In this document: one piece after another, positions 37,660 to 50,239 of the stretch | Layout of the letters: each line of letters opens with the position of its first letter | Numbering within the stretch: position 1 is the stretch's first letter | Assembly (NCBI GenBank): GCA_038087875.1 | Contig: CM075994.1 | Coordinates: 8,062,001 to 8,126,000, forward strand | Source: Malacoraja senta | Taxonomy: Eukaryota | Direction of reading: 5' to 3' | DNA length: 64,000 bases | Program-made: the position numbers and the translations under genes | Notes under the pieces: model-generated | The model's input: only the letters and a program-made list of their open reading frames with translations | Told to the model about the DNA's origin: nothing | The model's database searches: none

Positions 37660-38153
37660 AACCTACCTGACCTCAAAATAAGGGACAAATTCCCCACGGC
37701 AATTCGTTGAGCGACTCGGCCGTGTCTGGGTGAATGATGAGTTGGCCCCGGGTGCTGGACTACACACAAAGCCCAGCCGGCGGGGCCAGCTGAGGAGTTT
37801 TGGCCCCGGGGGCCGCGCAACGTCGCGCTCAAAGTCCGGCACCCCATCCAACTCATGAACCGACGATCGGCCATGAGAAGGAGGGGTGGTGGTGTCGGCG
37901 GTAAGCGAAGGTTCGAAGGTCGGACAGCTGGCCGGGCTGCCGACCGACGGGGCCACGGGCGAGACGCTGCTGCTGCTGCTGCTGCTGCACACCATGGGCT
38001 GCACTACGTCGGGACGGGTGAGGCGGGGCCGGACGCGGCGCTCCGACCCGACGGTCCCCTCGACCCGAGTAGTAGCAGTCAAATACGGGACAAGGGCGGT
38101 CCCGTACGGGACAAACCAATTTAGCCCAATATATGGGACAGTTGTCAACCCTA
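37660..38153 (-). mobile_element. GC-rich non-autonomous DNA transposon; second copy at 63610-64000 (+)
   Basis: Terminus TAGGGTTG(A/C)CAACTGTCCC is hAT-like; the two copies are near-identical and in opposite orientation. Confidence 0.6.
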
Positions 38154-39289
38154 TGTTGGCCGGTGTAGGCAAGTTGGGCCGAAGGGCCTGATTCCACGCT
38201 CTATTACTCTATAAGCCCTACCATTCACTGTATAGGTCCTTCCAATGTTAGACTTCCCAAACATACAACACCTCAGTTTAGTTTAGTTTAGTTGAGTTTG
38301 GTTTAGACATTAAAACTAAACGATACTTGAAGAATTATCCTTAACTTTCGATTAGTTCTTCAGCCCATCTCCCTGCCTCACTTCTCCACCCATGAATACT
38401 CTGCATTCGGTACAGAATAGACAACTCCTGCCTCCCTATCTTATACTTAGAGCGGCACGGTGGCGCAGCGGTAGAGTTGCTGCCTCACAGCGCCAGAGAC
38501 CCGGGTCGGATCCTGACTACGGGTGCTGTCTGTACGGAGTTTGTACGTTCTCCCCGTGACCTGCGTGGGTTTTCTCTGAGATCTTCGGTTTCCTCCCACA
38601 CTCCAAAGACGTACAGGTTTGTAGGTTAATTGGCTTGGTGTAAATGTAAAAATTGTCCCTAATGTGTGTAGGATAGTGTTAGTGTGGGGGATCGCTGCTC
38701 AGTGCGGTAGGGATAGATAGATTCTTGGTACACACAAAAATGCTGGAGAAACTCAGCGGGTGCAGCAGCATCTATGGAGCGAAGGAAATAGGCAACGTTT
38801 CGGGCCGAAACTCTTCTTCAGCTTATCGGCCCGAAACGTTGCCTATTTCCTTCGCTCCATAGATGCTGCTGCACCCGCTGAGTTTCTCCAGTATTTTTTG
38901 TGTGTACCTTCGATTTTCCAGCATCTGCAGTTCCTTCTTAAATAGATAGATTCTTGATTAGTACGGGTGTCAGAGGTTATGGGGAGAAGGCAGGAGAATG
39001 GGGTTAGGAGGGAGAGATAGATTAGCCATGATTGAATGGCAGAGTAGACTTGATGGGCCGAATGGCCTAATTCAGCTCCTATCACTTATGACCTGCCCAA
39101 CCGATCAAGATCCTGCTGCAATTTTTGACAACCATCTTCATTATCTACCCACTTTAAATTCATCTGCAAACTTGCAAATCAAAACTTGCTAATTGAGTCT
39201 GAAGAAGGGTCTCGACCCGAAAAGTCACCCACTCCTTCTCTCCAGAGATGCTGCCTGTCCCAGCTGAGTTACTCCAGCTTTTTGAGGGG

Positions 39290-40027
39290 AGAGCTCCCCT
39301 TCCCCTCACCCCACTCACCATCAACACCATCACAGTCACATCTGTGGAGTCTTTTAAGTTCCTGGGAACCATCATCTCCAGGGACCTTAAATGGGGGGCT
39401 ACCATTGACTCCACAGTCAAAAAGGCACAACAGAGGATGTACTTCCTACGGCAGCTGAGGAAGCACAATCTGCCACAGGTAATGATGGTCCAATTCTACA
39501 CGGCCTTTGTAGAGTCTGTTCTCACCTTCTCCATCATGGTCTGGTTTGGCTCAGCTACCAAGCACGACACCTGGAGGCTGCAGCGAATCGTCCGATCAGC
39601 AGAGAAGGTTATTGGCTGCAACCTTCCCTCCATTGATGAACTGTACACTGCAAGGGCCAGGAGGCGAGCGGGCAAGATCATCTCTGACCCCTCTCACCCT
39701 GGCCACAAACTCTTTGAATCACTTCCCTCTGGAAGGCGACTCCGGATTGTCAAAGCTGCCACAGCCAGACATAAAAACAGTTTTTATCCACGAGTAGTTG
39801 CTCTACTCAACAGCCAAAAATCTGTAGCCTCCCTTTGATCTGGTATTTTGTTGGTCCACATGCTTGATCAATGGTGTTTTGTCATTAATGTTTTATTATT
39901 ATTAATGTTTAGTGTTTTCTGAGTCATTCGTAACTGTCACTGTATGTCATGTTGTTACTTGTGGGCGGAGCGCCAAGGCAAATTCCTTGTATGTGAATAC
40001 TTGGCCAATAAACTTACTGACTTACTT
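39290..40027 (+). mobile_element. Rex/Babar-like LINE 3' fragment
   Basis: VESFKFLGTIIS.DLKW...KKAQQRMYFLRQL...HPGH.LF..LPSGRR. Confidence 0.82.
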
Positions 40028-40045
40028 GTGTCTATCTTCGGTATA

Positions 40046-40870
40046 AAGTCAAGTCAAGTGAGTTTATTGTCATGTGTCCCTGGTAGGACAATGAAATTCT
40101 TGCTTTGCTTCAGCACAACAGAACATAGTAGGCATTTACTACAAGGCATTCTATAAATATATACACAATGGTCAATATACTGATAAAGTGCAAATAACAG
40201 TATTGGCTAGTAAAGTTCAGTGTTATGTCCGAGCCAGGTTTAATAGCCTGATGGCTGTGGGGAAGTAGCTGTTCCTGAACCTGGTCGTTGCAGTCTTCAG
40301 GCTCCTGTACCTTCTACCTGAAGGTAGTAGGGAGATGAGTGTGTGGCCAGGATGGTGTGGGTCCTTGATGATGCTGCCAGGCTTTTTGAGGCAGCGACTG
40401 TGGTAGATCCCCTCGATGGAAGGGAGGTCAGAGCCGATGATGGACTGGGCAGTGTTTACTACTTTTTGTAGTCTTTTCCTCTCCAGGGCACTCAAGTTGC
40501 CGAACCAAGCCACGATGCAACCGGTCAGCATGCTCTCTACTGTGCACATGTAGAAGTTAGAGAGAGTCCTCCTTGACAAACCGACTCTCTGTAATCTTCT
40601 CAGGAAGTAGAGGCGCTGATGTGCTTTCTTAATAATGGCATCATTGTTCTCGGACCAGGAAAGATCTTCAGAGATGTGCACGCCCAGGAATTTGAAGCTC
40701 TTGACCCTTTCAACCATCGACCCATTGATATAAACGGGACTGTGGGTCCCCATCCTACTCCTTCCAAAGTCCACAATCAGTTCCTTGGTTTTGCTGGTGT
40801 TGAGGGCCAGGTTGTTGTGCTGGCACCATATGGACAGTTGCTCGATCTCTCTTCTATACTCTGACTCATC
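40046..40870 (-). mobile_element. Rex/Babar-like LINE 3' fragment
   Basis: ERVKSFKFLGVHISEDLSWS...LLPSGRRYRSLK. Confidence 0.82.
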
Positions 40871-43279
40871 ACCATCATCCCACCAGCATCTGCAGTTCCT
40901 TCCCGCCCAACTTGCAAATCGTGCCTTGAATGTTCTAATACGACTGCAGGGGAAAGTAGCTGGGAAGGGGATGGGCTAGATGCTGGAGTTGTTGTCACTT
41001 TGCCATTCGATGCATAGGCGAAGAACGCAGCAAAGAATGTCACCCCCATCTGGTGCGTGGAGGTGGAACTGCAGCTTACATCTCTCCCGTCTGAAGAAGG
41101 GTTTCGGCCCGAAACGTTGCCTATTTCCTTCGCTCCATAGATGCTGCTGCACCCGCTGAGTTTCTCCAGCACTTTTGTGTACCTTTGATTTTCCAGCATC
41201 TGCAGTTCCTTCTTTAACATCTCTCCCTTCTCACCTGAGGCCTGTGTTTACTGTTTAGCTTTAATGATGGAAGGCACTGCAGATGCTGGTTTACACTGAA
41301 GATAGATGCAAAAGGTGGAGCAAGACAGCGCAGTGTGAAGAAGGGTCTCGACCCGAAACGTCACCCATTCCTTCTCTCCAGAGGTGCTGCCTGTCCCGCT
41401 GAGTTACCCCAGCATTTTGTGTCTGCCTTCCCTCTAGTTTTAGCGTGGGAAGGAACTGCAGATGCTAGTTTACACTGAAAACAGACACAAACTGCTGGAG
41501 TAACTCAGCGGGACAGGCAGCATCTCTGGAGAGAAGGGATGGGTGGTTTCGGGTCAGGATCCTTCTTCAGACTGAGAGTTAGGGGAGAGGGAAATGAGAG
41601 ATATAGAACAAATGAATGAAAGATGTGCCAAAAAGTAACGATGATATGGGAAACAGGCCATTGTTAGCTGTGGGCTAGGTGAAAACGAGTTACTGATAAT
41701 GAGACTCAACAAGACGACTGGTACATCGACAGGTGGGGGAGGGATGGAGAGAGAGGGAAAGCAAGGGTTACTTGAAGTTAGAGAAGTCAATGTTCATACC
41801 GCTGGGGTGTAAGCTGCCCAAGCGAAATATGAGGTGCTGTTCCTCCAATTAGCGCTGGGCCTCACTTTTAGTTTCAGTTTTTAGAATCTTCTATTCTGGG
41901 GGAAAAGACTGTGAGTGTTGACATTATCCACGCACCTCGTGAACTTGTGAACTTAAATAAAATCATTCCTCAGACTCCTACGCTCCAAAGAAAAAAGTCC
42001 CAGCTTATATTTGGATCCTGGAATGAAAAAACAAAGGGCATAGTTTAGTTTAGTTTAGAGATACAGCGCAGTAACAGGCCTTTCGGCCCACCGGGTCCGT
42101 GCTGACCAGCGATCCCCGCACACTAACTCTATCCTACACCTACCAGGGACAATTTTTACACTCATACCCAGCCAATTTACCTGCAAACCTGCACGTCTTT
42201 GGAGTGTGGGAGGAAACCGAAGATCTCGGAGTAAACCCACACGGGTCACGGGGAGAACGTGCAAACTCCGTACAGACAGCACCCGTAGTCGGGATCGAAC
42301 CCGGGACTCCGGCGCTGCGAACGCTGTAAGGCAGCAACTCTACCGCTGCGCCACCGTGTCAGCTCATAGGTTTAAGGTGAGGGGAGGGGGAGGATTTAAT
42401 AGGAACCTGAGGGGCAACTTTTTCACACAGAGGGTGGTGGGTGTATGGAATAAGCTGCCAGAGGAGGTAGTTGAGGCTGGGACTATCGCAATGTTTAAAG
42501 GACATTTGTCAAGCTGGAGTGGGTGCAGAGAAGATTTACGAGGATCTTGCCAGGACTCGAGGGTCTGAGATATACGGTGAGGTTGAGCAGGCTGGGACTC
42601 TGAGATTGCTTGGAGCGCAGGAGGATGAGGGGTGATCTTATAGAGGTGTATAAAATCATGAGAGGAATAGATCGGGTAGACGCACAGTCTCTTGCCCAGA
42701 GTAGGGGAATCGAGGATCGGAGGACATAGGTACAAGGTGAAGGGGAAAAGATTTAATAGGAATCTGAGGGGTAACTTTTTCACACAGAGGGTGGTGGGTG
42801 TATGGAACAAGCTGCCAGAGGAGGTAGTTGAGGCTGGGACTATCCCAACGTTTAAGAAACAGTTAGACAGGTACATGGATAGGACAGGTTTGGAGGGATA
42901 TGGACCAAGCGCAGGCAGGTGAGACTAGTGTAGCTGGGACATGTTGGCCGGTGTGGGCAAGTTGGGCCGAAGGGCCTGTTTCCACACTGTATCACTCTGT
43001 GACTCTATTTGTTCTACATCTCTCTGCACCACCATTTCCCACTCGACTGACTCTCAGTCTGAAGAAGGGTCTCGACCCGAAACGTCACCCATTCCTTCTC
43101 TCCGGAGACGCTGTGTGACCCGCTGAGTTACTCCAGCTGTCTTAGTTTTTTAACCAGTTCCTTCCCACGCACTCGGTTCAGAAACCTGACGGTTGTCGGA
43201 AAAGCCACAGTTCCTGAATGCTGGTGTTTCTGGCAGGACTTCAGGCTTGTGTACCTCCTGCCTGTTAGTCAGGACCTGA

Positions 43280-43332
43280 GGGGTTAATCAGCATTGGGAC
43301 ATGGGTCTGGTGGAGGGATTAATGAGTAACTC
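43280..43332 (+). promoter_or_regulatory. Putative liver-type proximal promoter with HNF1-like sites
   Basis: ATTAATGAGTAAC (43318-43330; reverse complement GTTACTCATTAAT, resembling consensus GTTAATNATTAAC) and a GGTTAATC half-site (43282) lie 65-115 bp upstream of the ATG, in non-repeat sequence. Confidence 0.5.
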
Positions 43333-43394
43333 GGGCCAGTACTGTACCCGCAGCTCACAGGCACTGAGTCAGTGCGGGAGGAAGTCATTGCGAG

Positions 43395-43456
43395 ATGGGT
43401 CTCCTCATAATTCTCCTCATCACTTGCTTCTCCGCTGCTGCTGAGCAGAATCCTTC
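43395..43456 (+). CDS. C3/C4/C5-family (C4-like) gene, exon 1, signal peptide
   Basis: gagATGG start; translates MGLLIILLITCFSAAAEQNP(S); strong donor TC|gtaagt; phase 2 matches the next exon. Confidence 0.85.
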
Positions 43457-43524
43457 GTAAGTACCCTTCCCCGACAAACAGCCACAGGTCTTAGTGTGTA
43501 AACAAGAGCTGCAGATGCTGCTCC

Positions 43525-44095
43525 TGGAGACCACACCTGGAGTATTGCGTACAGTTTCGGTCTCCAAATCTGAGGAAGGACATTATAGCCATAGAGGGAG
43601 TGCAGAGAAGGTTCACCGGACTGATTCCTGGGATGTCAGGACTTTCATATGAAGAAAGACTGGATAGACTTGGCTTATACTCGCTAGAATTTAGGAGATT
43701 GAGAGGGGATCTTATAGAAACGTACAAAATTCTTATGGGGTTGGACAGGCTAGATGCAGGAAGATTGTTCCCGATGTTGGGGAAGTCCAGGACAAGGGAT
43801 CACAGCTTAAGGATAAGGGGGAAATCCTTTAAGACCGAGATGAGGAAAAACGTTTTCACACAGAGAGTGGTGAATCTCTGGAACTCTCTGCCACAGAGGG
43901 TAGTTGAGGCCAGTTCATTGGCTATGTTTAAGAGGGAGTTAGATGTGGCCCTTGTGGCTAAAGGGATCAGGGGGTATGGAGAGAAGGCAGGTACGGGATA
44001 CTGAGTTGGATGATCAGCCATGATCATATTGAATGGCGGTGCAGGCTCGAAGGGCCGAATGGCCTACTCCTGCACCTATTTTCTATGTATCTATG
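43525..44095 (+). mobile_element. CR1-clade LINE 3' fragment in intron 1
   Basis: Near-identical to 6140-6716. Confidence 0.88.
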
Positions 44096-45017
44096 TTAAG
44101 TCGAAGGTGGACACAAAAAGCTGGAGTAACTCAGCGGGACAGACAGCATCTCTGGAGAGAAGGAATGGCTGGCGTTTCGGGTCGAGACCCTTCTTCGGAC
44201 TGATGTTGGGGGAGTGGGCGGGACAAAGATAGAATGTAGTCGGAGACAGTAAGACTGGTCGGAAAGCTGGAAAGGGGGAGGGGATGGAGAGAGAGGGAAA
44301 GCAAGAATAGAGTTGCCGCCTTGCAGCAAATGCAGCGCCAGAGACCCGGGTTCGATCCGGACTATGCGTGCTGTCTGTACGGAGTTTGTACGTTCTCCCC
44401 GTGACCCGCGCGCGTTTTCTCCGGGATCTCCGGTTTCCTCCCACACTCCAATGGGTTTGTAGGTTAATTGGCTTGGTGTATGTGTGTAAATTCTCCCTAG
44501 TGTGTGTAGGATAGTGTCAATGTGCGGGGATGACTGGTCGGCATGGACCCGGTGGGCCGAAGGGCCTGTTTCCGGGCTGTATCATGCTATATCCCATTCC
44601 TTCTTTCCAGAGACACTGCCTGGCCCACTTAGTTTTTCCAACATTTTGTGTCTAGCCATAAGTCTTAGTTTAGTTTTGTTCAGAGATACAGCGAGGCAAC
44701 AGGCCCTTCGGCCCACCGAGTCCGTGCCGACCAGCGATCCCCGCACACTAACACTATCCTACACACACTAGGGACAATTTACACATACACCAAGCCAATT
44801 AATCTACAAAACACTTTGGAGTGTGGGAGGAAACCGGAGATCCCGGAGGAAAACGGCGCGGGTCACGCGGAGAACGTGCAAACTGCGTACAGACAGCGCC
44901 CGTAGTCGGGATCGAACACGGGTCTCTGGCGCTGCGAGCGCTACAGCAAGGCAGCAACTCTACCGCTGCGCCCCTGTGCCGGCGTATGAGAATAAAACAC
45001 TGTTGACTCCTTCTGCA

Positions 45018-45688
45018 CTCCCCACCAACATCCTCAGGACTTTCTACAGGGGTACGGTGGAGTCTGTAATCCCGTACTGCATAAATACGTGGTACTCCAC
45101 CTGCAACTGCTAGGACAGGAAGGCTCTGCAGAGGGTAGTGAGAGGAGCAGAGAGGATCATTGGCGTCTCCCTACCCTCGGTACAAGAACTGTTACAGAGC
45201 CGCTGTCGGAAAAAAGTTCAGAGAATTGCTAAGGACAAACTGCACCCCCTCCACATACACCTGGATCTCCTGCCATCAGGCAAGAGCTATCGCAGCATCA
45301 AAGCCCGGACTACAAGACTGCTAAACAGCTTCCTGCCATATGCTGTACTCTGTACTCACAGTCACCTGATTCTGCGGCTTGGCACGGACACTTCAATAAC
45401 TGGCACTGGCCACTTCAATAACTGGCACTGGCCACTTCAATAACTGGCACTGGCCTCTCAAATCAGCCACCCCGGACATGTTTATGATTGGTTTTGCTGT
45501 ATTTTACCGTTGTTTTACCTACTTTTTAACTATTTATACTGTTCCATCAGGGACTGGATTGTTTTAGTGTTATTATGTGTGAAATGTTTTAAATTTCATG
45601 TGCGATGCTCCGGTATTCCCTGGGAAAGGTCTTTTCATTTTGCACTGTACAACTGTTGCTTGCAAGATGACAATAAAGGTTGATTGAT
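45018..45688 (+). mobile_element. Rex/Babar-like LINE 3' fragment abutting the exon 2a acceptor
   Basis: LRTFYRGTVESVI.YCI..WY; LLPSGKSYRSIKARTTRL; AATAAA followed by a (TGAT)n tail; contains a 22-bp x3 tandem at ~45390-45455. Confidence 0.8.
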
Positions 45689-45693
45689 TGCAG

Positions 45694-45799
45694 GTTTCTG
45701 ATCACCGCTCCCAGTGAGGTCCATGTTGGGCAGTATGCGACCATCACCCTACAGGTCTTCGAGTGTTCTTCCAATGTTCTGGTCACCGTGTACTTTGAG
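45694..45799 (+). CDS. C4-like gene, exon 2a (MG1), 106 bp
   Basis: gcag|G...GAG|gtaaca. Translates (S)FLITAPSEVHVGQYATITLQVFECSSNVLVTVYFE, with the 'FLITAP' mature N-terminus motif of the family. Confidence 0.88.
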
Positions 45800-46869
45800 G
45801 TAACAGTAGTCATGTGTCGGAAGGAACCTTCCGCAGAGCTGGACACCTCCGCTCGGTCCGCCTGGATCTACCTGATCTCCCGGTTGTCAAACACTTTAAC
45901 TCCCCCTCCCATTCCCACACTGACCTTTCTGTCCTGGGCCTCCTCCACAGTCAGAGTGTGGCCCAGCACTAATTGGAGGAACAGCGCCTCATATTTCACT
46001 TGGGCAGCTTACACCCCAGCGGTATGAATATTGACTTCTCTAACTTCAAGTAGCCCTTGCTTTCTCTCTCTCTCCATCCCCTCCCCCACCCAAGTCACAC
46101 CAGCTTCAATGTCATCTTGTTGAGACTTCTTCTTCTTCTTGCGTATGGCGAGCCCAGCCTAAAGTTGGAGGACAACTTGTTCTATTTGATCTTATTTGAT
46201 TGTGCACTCCGGGTTGATTGCATTCGTCGAAACAGGGAAGGTTGCAATCTTCCACCCCCCTTGTTGAGTCTCATTGTCTGCAACTCATTTTCACCTAGCC
46301 CACAGTTAACAATGGCCACTTTCCCTTATCATCGTTGCTTTTTTTGCATTAACTTTCATTCATTTGTTCTACATCACCATCTACATCACCATCTATAATC
46401 TCTTGTTTCCCTTTCCCCTGACTCTCAGGCTGAAGTAGGGTCTCGACCTGAAACGTCAGCCATTCCTTCTCTCCAGAGATGCTGCTCGTCCCACTGAGTA
46501 ACTCCAGCATTTTTGTCTACCTTCCAGCTTTTTGTGTCTATCTTTCATTCATTTGTTAATCATCCATTCATTCATTCCATGGATAGGGCAGGTTTGGAGG
46601 GATATGGGCCAAACGCGAGCACGTGGGACTCGTGTAGCTGGGACATTGTTGGCCGGTGTGGGCAAGTTGGGCTGAAGGGCCTGTTTGCACACTGTATCAC
46701 TCTATGACTCTATTTGTTCTGTATCACTCTACATCACCGTCAATATCTCTCGTTTCCCTCTCCCATCTCAGTCTGAAGAAGGGTCTCGACCCGAAACGTC
46801 ACCCATTCCTTCCCTCCAGAGATGCTGCCTGACCCGCTGAGTTACTCCGCCATTTTGTGTCTGTCTTAG

Positions 46870-46950
46870 GTCACAGAAGTCATCTTGTCTAAGGTGTACT
46901 CAGAAGAGCTCAGTCAGAAGAACAACTTCACCCGAGTAATCCTTGTGCAG
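46870..46950 (+). CDS. C4-like gene, exon 2b (MG1), 81 bp
   Basis: cttag|GTC...CAG|gtaaa. Translates VTEVILSKVYSEELSQKNNFTRVILVQ, with the 'L...NNF' MG1 motif. Phase 0-0. Confidence 0.8.
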
Positions 46951-47046
46951 GTAAAACAACTCTGAACTTTACTGGCCTCAGAAGGCTTAGGAAGTTGCCT
47001 ATCCTTTGTGTCTTCATCTTCCCCTCCTGAGTTCCTCATTATAGTA

Positions 47047-47605
47047 AATAGGAGCAAGGAGGTCCTACTGCAGTTGTTCACGACCCTGGTGAGACTACAC
47101 CTGGAGTATTGTGTGCAGTTTTGATGCAGCGTAGGTTCACCAGGTTAATTCCCGGGATGGCGGGATTGTCATATGATGTAAGAATGGAGCAACTGGGCTT
47201 ATGTTCACTGGAATTTAGAAGGATGAGAGGGTATCTTGTTGAAACATATTCAATTCTTAAGAGATTGGACAGGTTGGATGCAGGAAAAATGTTCCTGATG
47301 TTGGGGGAGTCACAGTTTAAGAATAAGGGGTAGGCCATTTAGGACTGAGATGAAGAGAAACTTTTTCACCCAGAGAGTTGTGAATTTGTGGAATTCTCTG
47401 CCACAGCAGGCAGTGGAGGCCAATTCACTGGATGTTTTCAAGAGAGAGTTAGATTTAGTTCTTAGGGCTAATGGAATCAGGGGATATGGGGAGAAACCAG
47501 GAACGGGGAACTGATTCTGGATGATCAGCCGTGCTCATATTGAATGGCGGTGCTGGCTCGAAGGGCCGAATGGCCTACTCCTGCACCTGTTGTCTATGTT
47601 TCTAT
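47047..47605 (+). mobile_element. CR1-clade LINE 3' fragment
   Basis: Degenerate CR1 ORF2 C-terminus. Confidence 0.82.
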
Positions 47606-49171
47606 TTTTCCTTTACCCGCTCTTCCCCTTTTCACTGCTCCGTTCCTCGTATCACTTCAGTTTAGTTTATTGTCACGTGTACCGAGGTACAGTGAAAAGC
47701 TTTTGTTGCATGCTACTTAGTCAGTGGAAAGACAATACATGATTACAGTCGAGCCGTCCACAGTGTACAGATACATGATAAGGTGAATAACGTTTAGTGC
47801 AAGGTAAAGCCAGTAAAGTCCAATCAAGGATAGTCCGTGGGTCTCCAATGAGGTAGATAGTAGTTCAGGACTGCTCTCTGGTTGTGGTAGGATGGTTCAG
47901 TTGCCTGATAACAGCTGGGAAGAAACTGTCCCTGAATCTGGAGGTGTGCGTTTTCACACTTCTGTACCTCTTGCCCGATGGGAGAGGGGAGGAGAGGGAG
48001 TGGCCGGGGTGAGACTGGTCCTTGATTATGCTGCTGGCCTTGCCGAGGCAGCGTGAGGTGTGGATGGAGTCAATGGAAGGGAGGTTGGTTTGTGTGATGG
48101 TCTGGGCTGCCTCCACAATTCTCTGCGATTTCTTGCAGTCTTGGATGGAGCTGTTCCCAAACCGTGCTGTGGGTTGGAGGGGGTGGGGGTACCAATATCT
48201 AAAGGGGCTGCTCCTTTGCCTTCTGGCTGCACTTCACACCCACCACCCTCATCTTTGGACACCCTGTGCGTAGGGGAGAGTGTAGGGGCTAAAGATGTCC
48301 TGGTTGGGTTGCTCCTGGGCCTGGCCAAGCTGGCCAGTCACGGCGCCAGGCGGAAGAGGGCTCTGCCCGAGCCGGCTGCCCGCCCCTTTTACGGGGTTAC
48401 GTCCGCGCCCGGGTGGGGTTAGAGAGGGACTACCGCTGTCCACGGGCACCCTGGGGGATTTCCGGGACTGCGGGCGGTGGAATTGTAAGATAGTTGTTTG
48501 AGAGTGTATTAGACATTTAAGAATACTTGTATTGATAATTGGGTGCTTTTGTATTAAGGCGGTTGGTTTGTTTAGTATTGTTTTTGTATTGTACGTATTA
48601 TTCTTGCAATAATTGGTTACATTTATTTTTTGTTTAAAGAAAAGAACTAAAGGGCACCTTTGTGGACCAAATGGAACACTTTATAATTTAGACAGCATGG
48701 TGGCGCAGCGGTAGAGTTGCTGCCTCACAGCGACAGAGATCCGGGTACAATCCTGACTACAGGTGCTGTCTGTACGGAGTTTGCACATTCTCCCCGTGTG
48801 GGTTTTCTCCGGGTGCTCTGGTTTCCTCCCACACTCCAAAGACGTGTGGGTTTGTAGGTTAATTGGCTTCTGTAAATTCCCCCTAGTGTGTGTGAGATAG
48901 AACTAGTGTACGGGGTGATCGCTGGTTGGCGCGGACGAAGCATTAATCCCTTCATCCAGCATCTATCCACTCGACTGTAATCATGTATCGTCTTTGCGCT
49001 GGCTGGTTAGCGCTGTACCTCGGTACACGTGACAATAAACTGAACTGAACCAAACTAAACAATGGATGTGTGTGGGATAGCGTTAATGTGTGGGGATCGC
49101 AGGTCGGCCTGGACTCGGTGGGCCGAAGGACCTGTATCTCTAAAGTCTAAAGACTAACTTTAATTCCACAG

Positions 49172-49355
49172 ATCCTTCCAGAGAAGACCCTTCACCTGAA
49201 CTTCCTGAAGGAGGAACAGTATGTCTCGATTGTCACTAAGATCTCTGTACCATTCCAAGATCTCGTGACCCAAAGAGCTTCAATCCGCCTCAAATCCAGA
49301 CCTTACTTCATTTATATAGCGACTGATAAACCCGTATACGCTCCCGCCGAGATTG
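49172..49355 (+). CDS. C4-like gene, exon 3 (MG1/MG2), 184 bp
   Basis: cacag|ATC...G|gtaaat. Translates ILPEKTLHLNFLKEEQYVSIVTKISVPFQDLVTQRASIRLKSRPYFIYIATDKPVYAPAEI, with the TDKPxY motif. Confidence 0.92.
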
Positions 49356-50239
49356 GTAAATAACAGAACTGTTTCAAAGTGACAGCTTTGTGCTTAAGCA
49401 TCCATGTTAATCCAATCTATTATAAGGTTGTTGTCCGTGTGTGTGTGTGTGTGTGTGGAGATACAGAGATTTCATTTAGAGATACAGCGCGGAAACAGGC
49501 CCTTAGACCCATCGAGTCTGCACCGACCTGCGATCCCCGCACACTTACGCTGGTACAACATGTACTCCATCCTGTATCTCTAAACTAGACTAGACTAAAC
49601 TAAACTAAACTAAACTAAACCAACACAATAGTTGCGTTCCGAAGAAATCTCACAAAATAAAGAAGGTGGACAAAAGTCCTGGAGAAACTCAGCGGGTGAG
49701 GCAGCATCTATGGAGCAAAGGAAATAGGCGACGTTTCGGGCCGAAACCCTTCTTGAGTTCTGGTTATAAAAGCAAAGATAGACACAAAAAGCTGGAGTAA
49801 CTCCGCCGGACAGGCAGCATCTGTGGATAGAAGGAATGGGTGACGTTTCGGGTCTAGACCCTTCTTCAGTCTGAAGAATTAGTCTAAACTAATTGTAACT
49901 AAACCAAACTAATCTAAACAAAACTAAACTTCAGTCTGAAGAAGGGTCTCAACCCGGAACGTCACCCATCCGTTCTCTTCAGAGACGCTGCCCGTCCCGC
50001 TGAGTTACTCCAGCATTTTGTGTCAAGTTTCGGATTAAACCAGCGTCTGCAGCTCCTTCCTGCACAGGTTATAAAAGCAATTGTGCTAATGGGGGAAAGA
50101 GGTTTTGAGGCGGGAGATTTTCAGACTTGCAATAATGAAGTTATCCTTATATTTGGTTTGTTCCGCATGTAAACAGGCCCTTCAGTCCACCGAGTCCACG
50201 CCGACCAGCGATCACACTAGTTCTATGCTATCCCACTTT

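Noticed and set aside
40777..41220. Minus-strand MGVTFFAAFFAYASNGK(V) as a possible signal-peptide exon for the minus gene
   Set aside because: Short hydrophobic core, weak phase-0 donor, embedded in repeats, and no exons 2-11 follow it.
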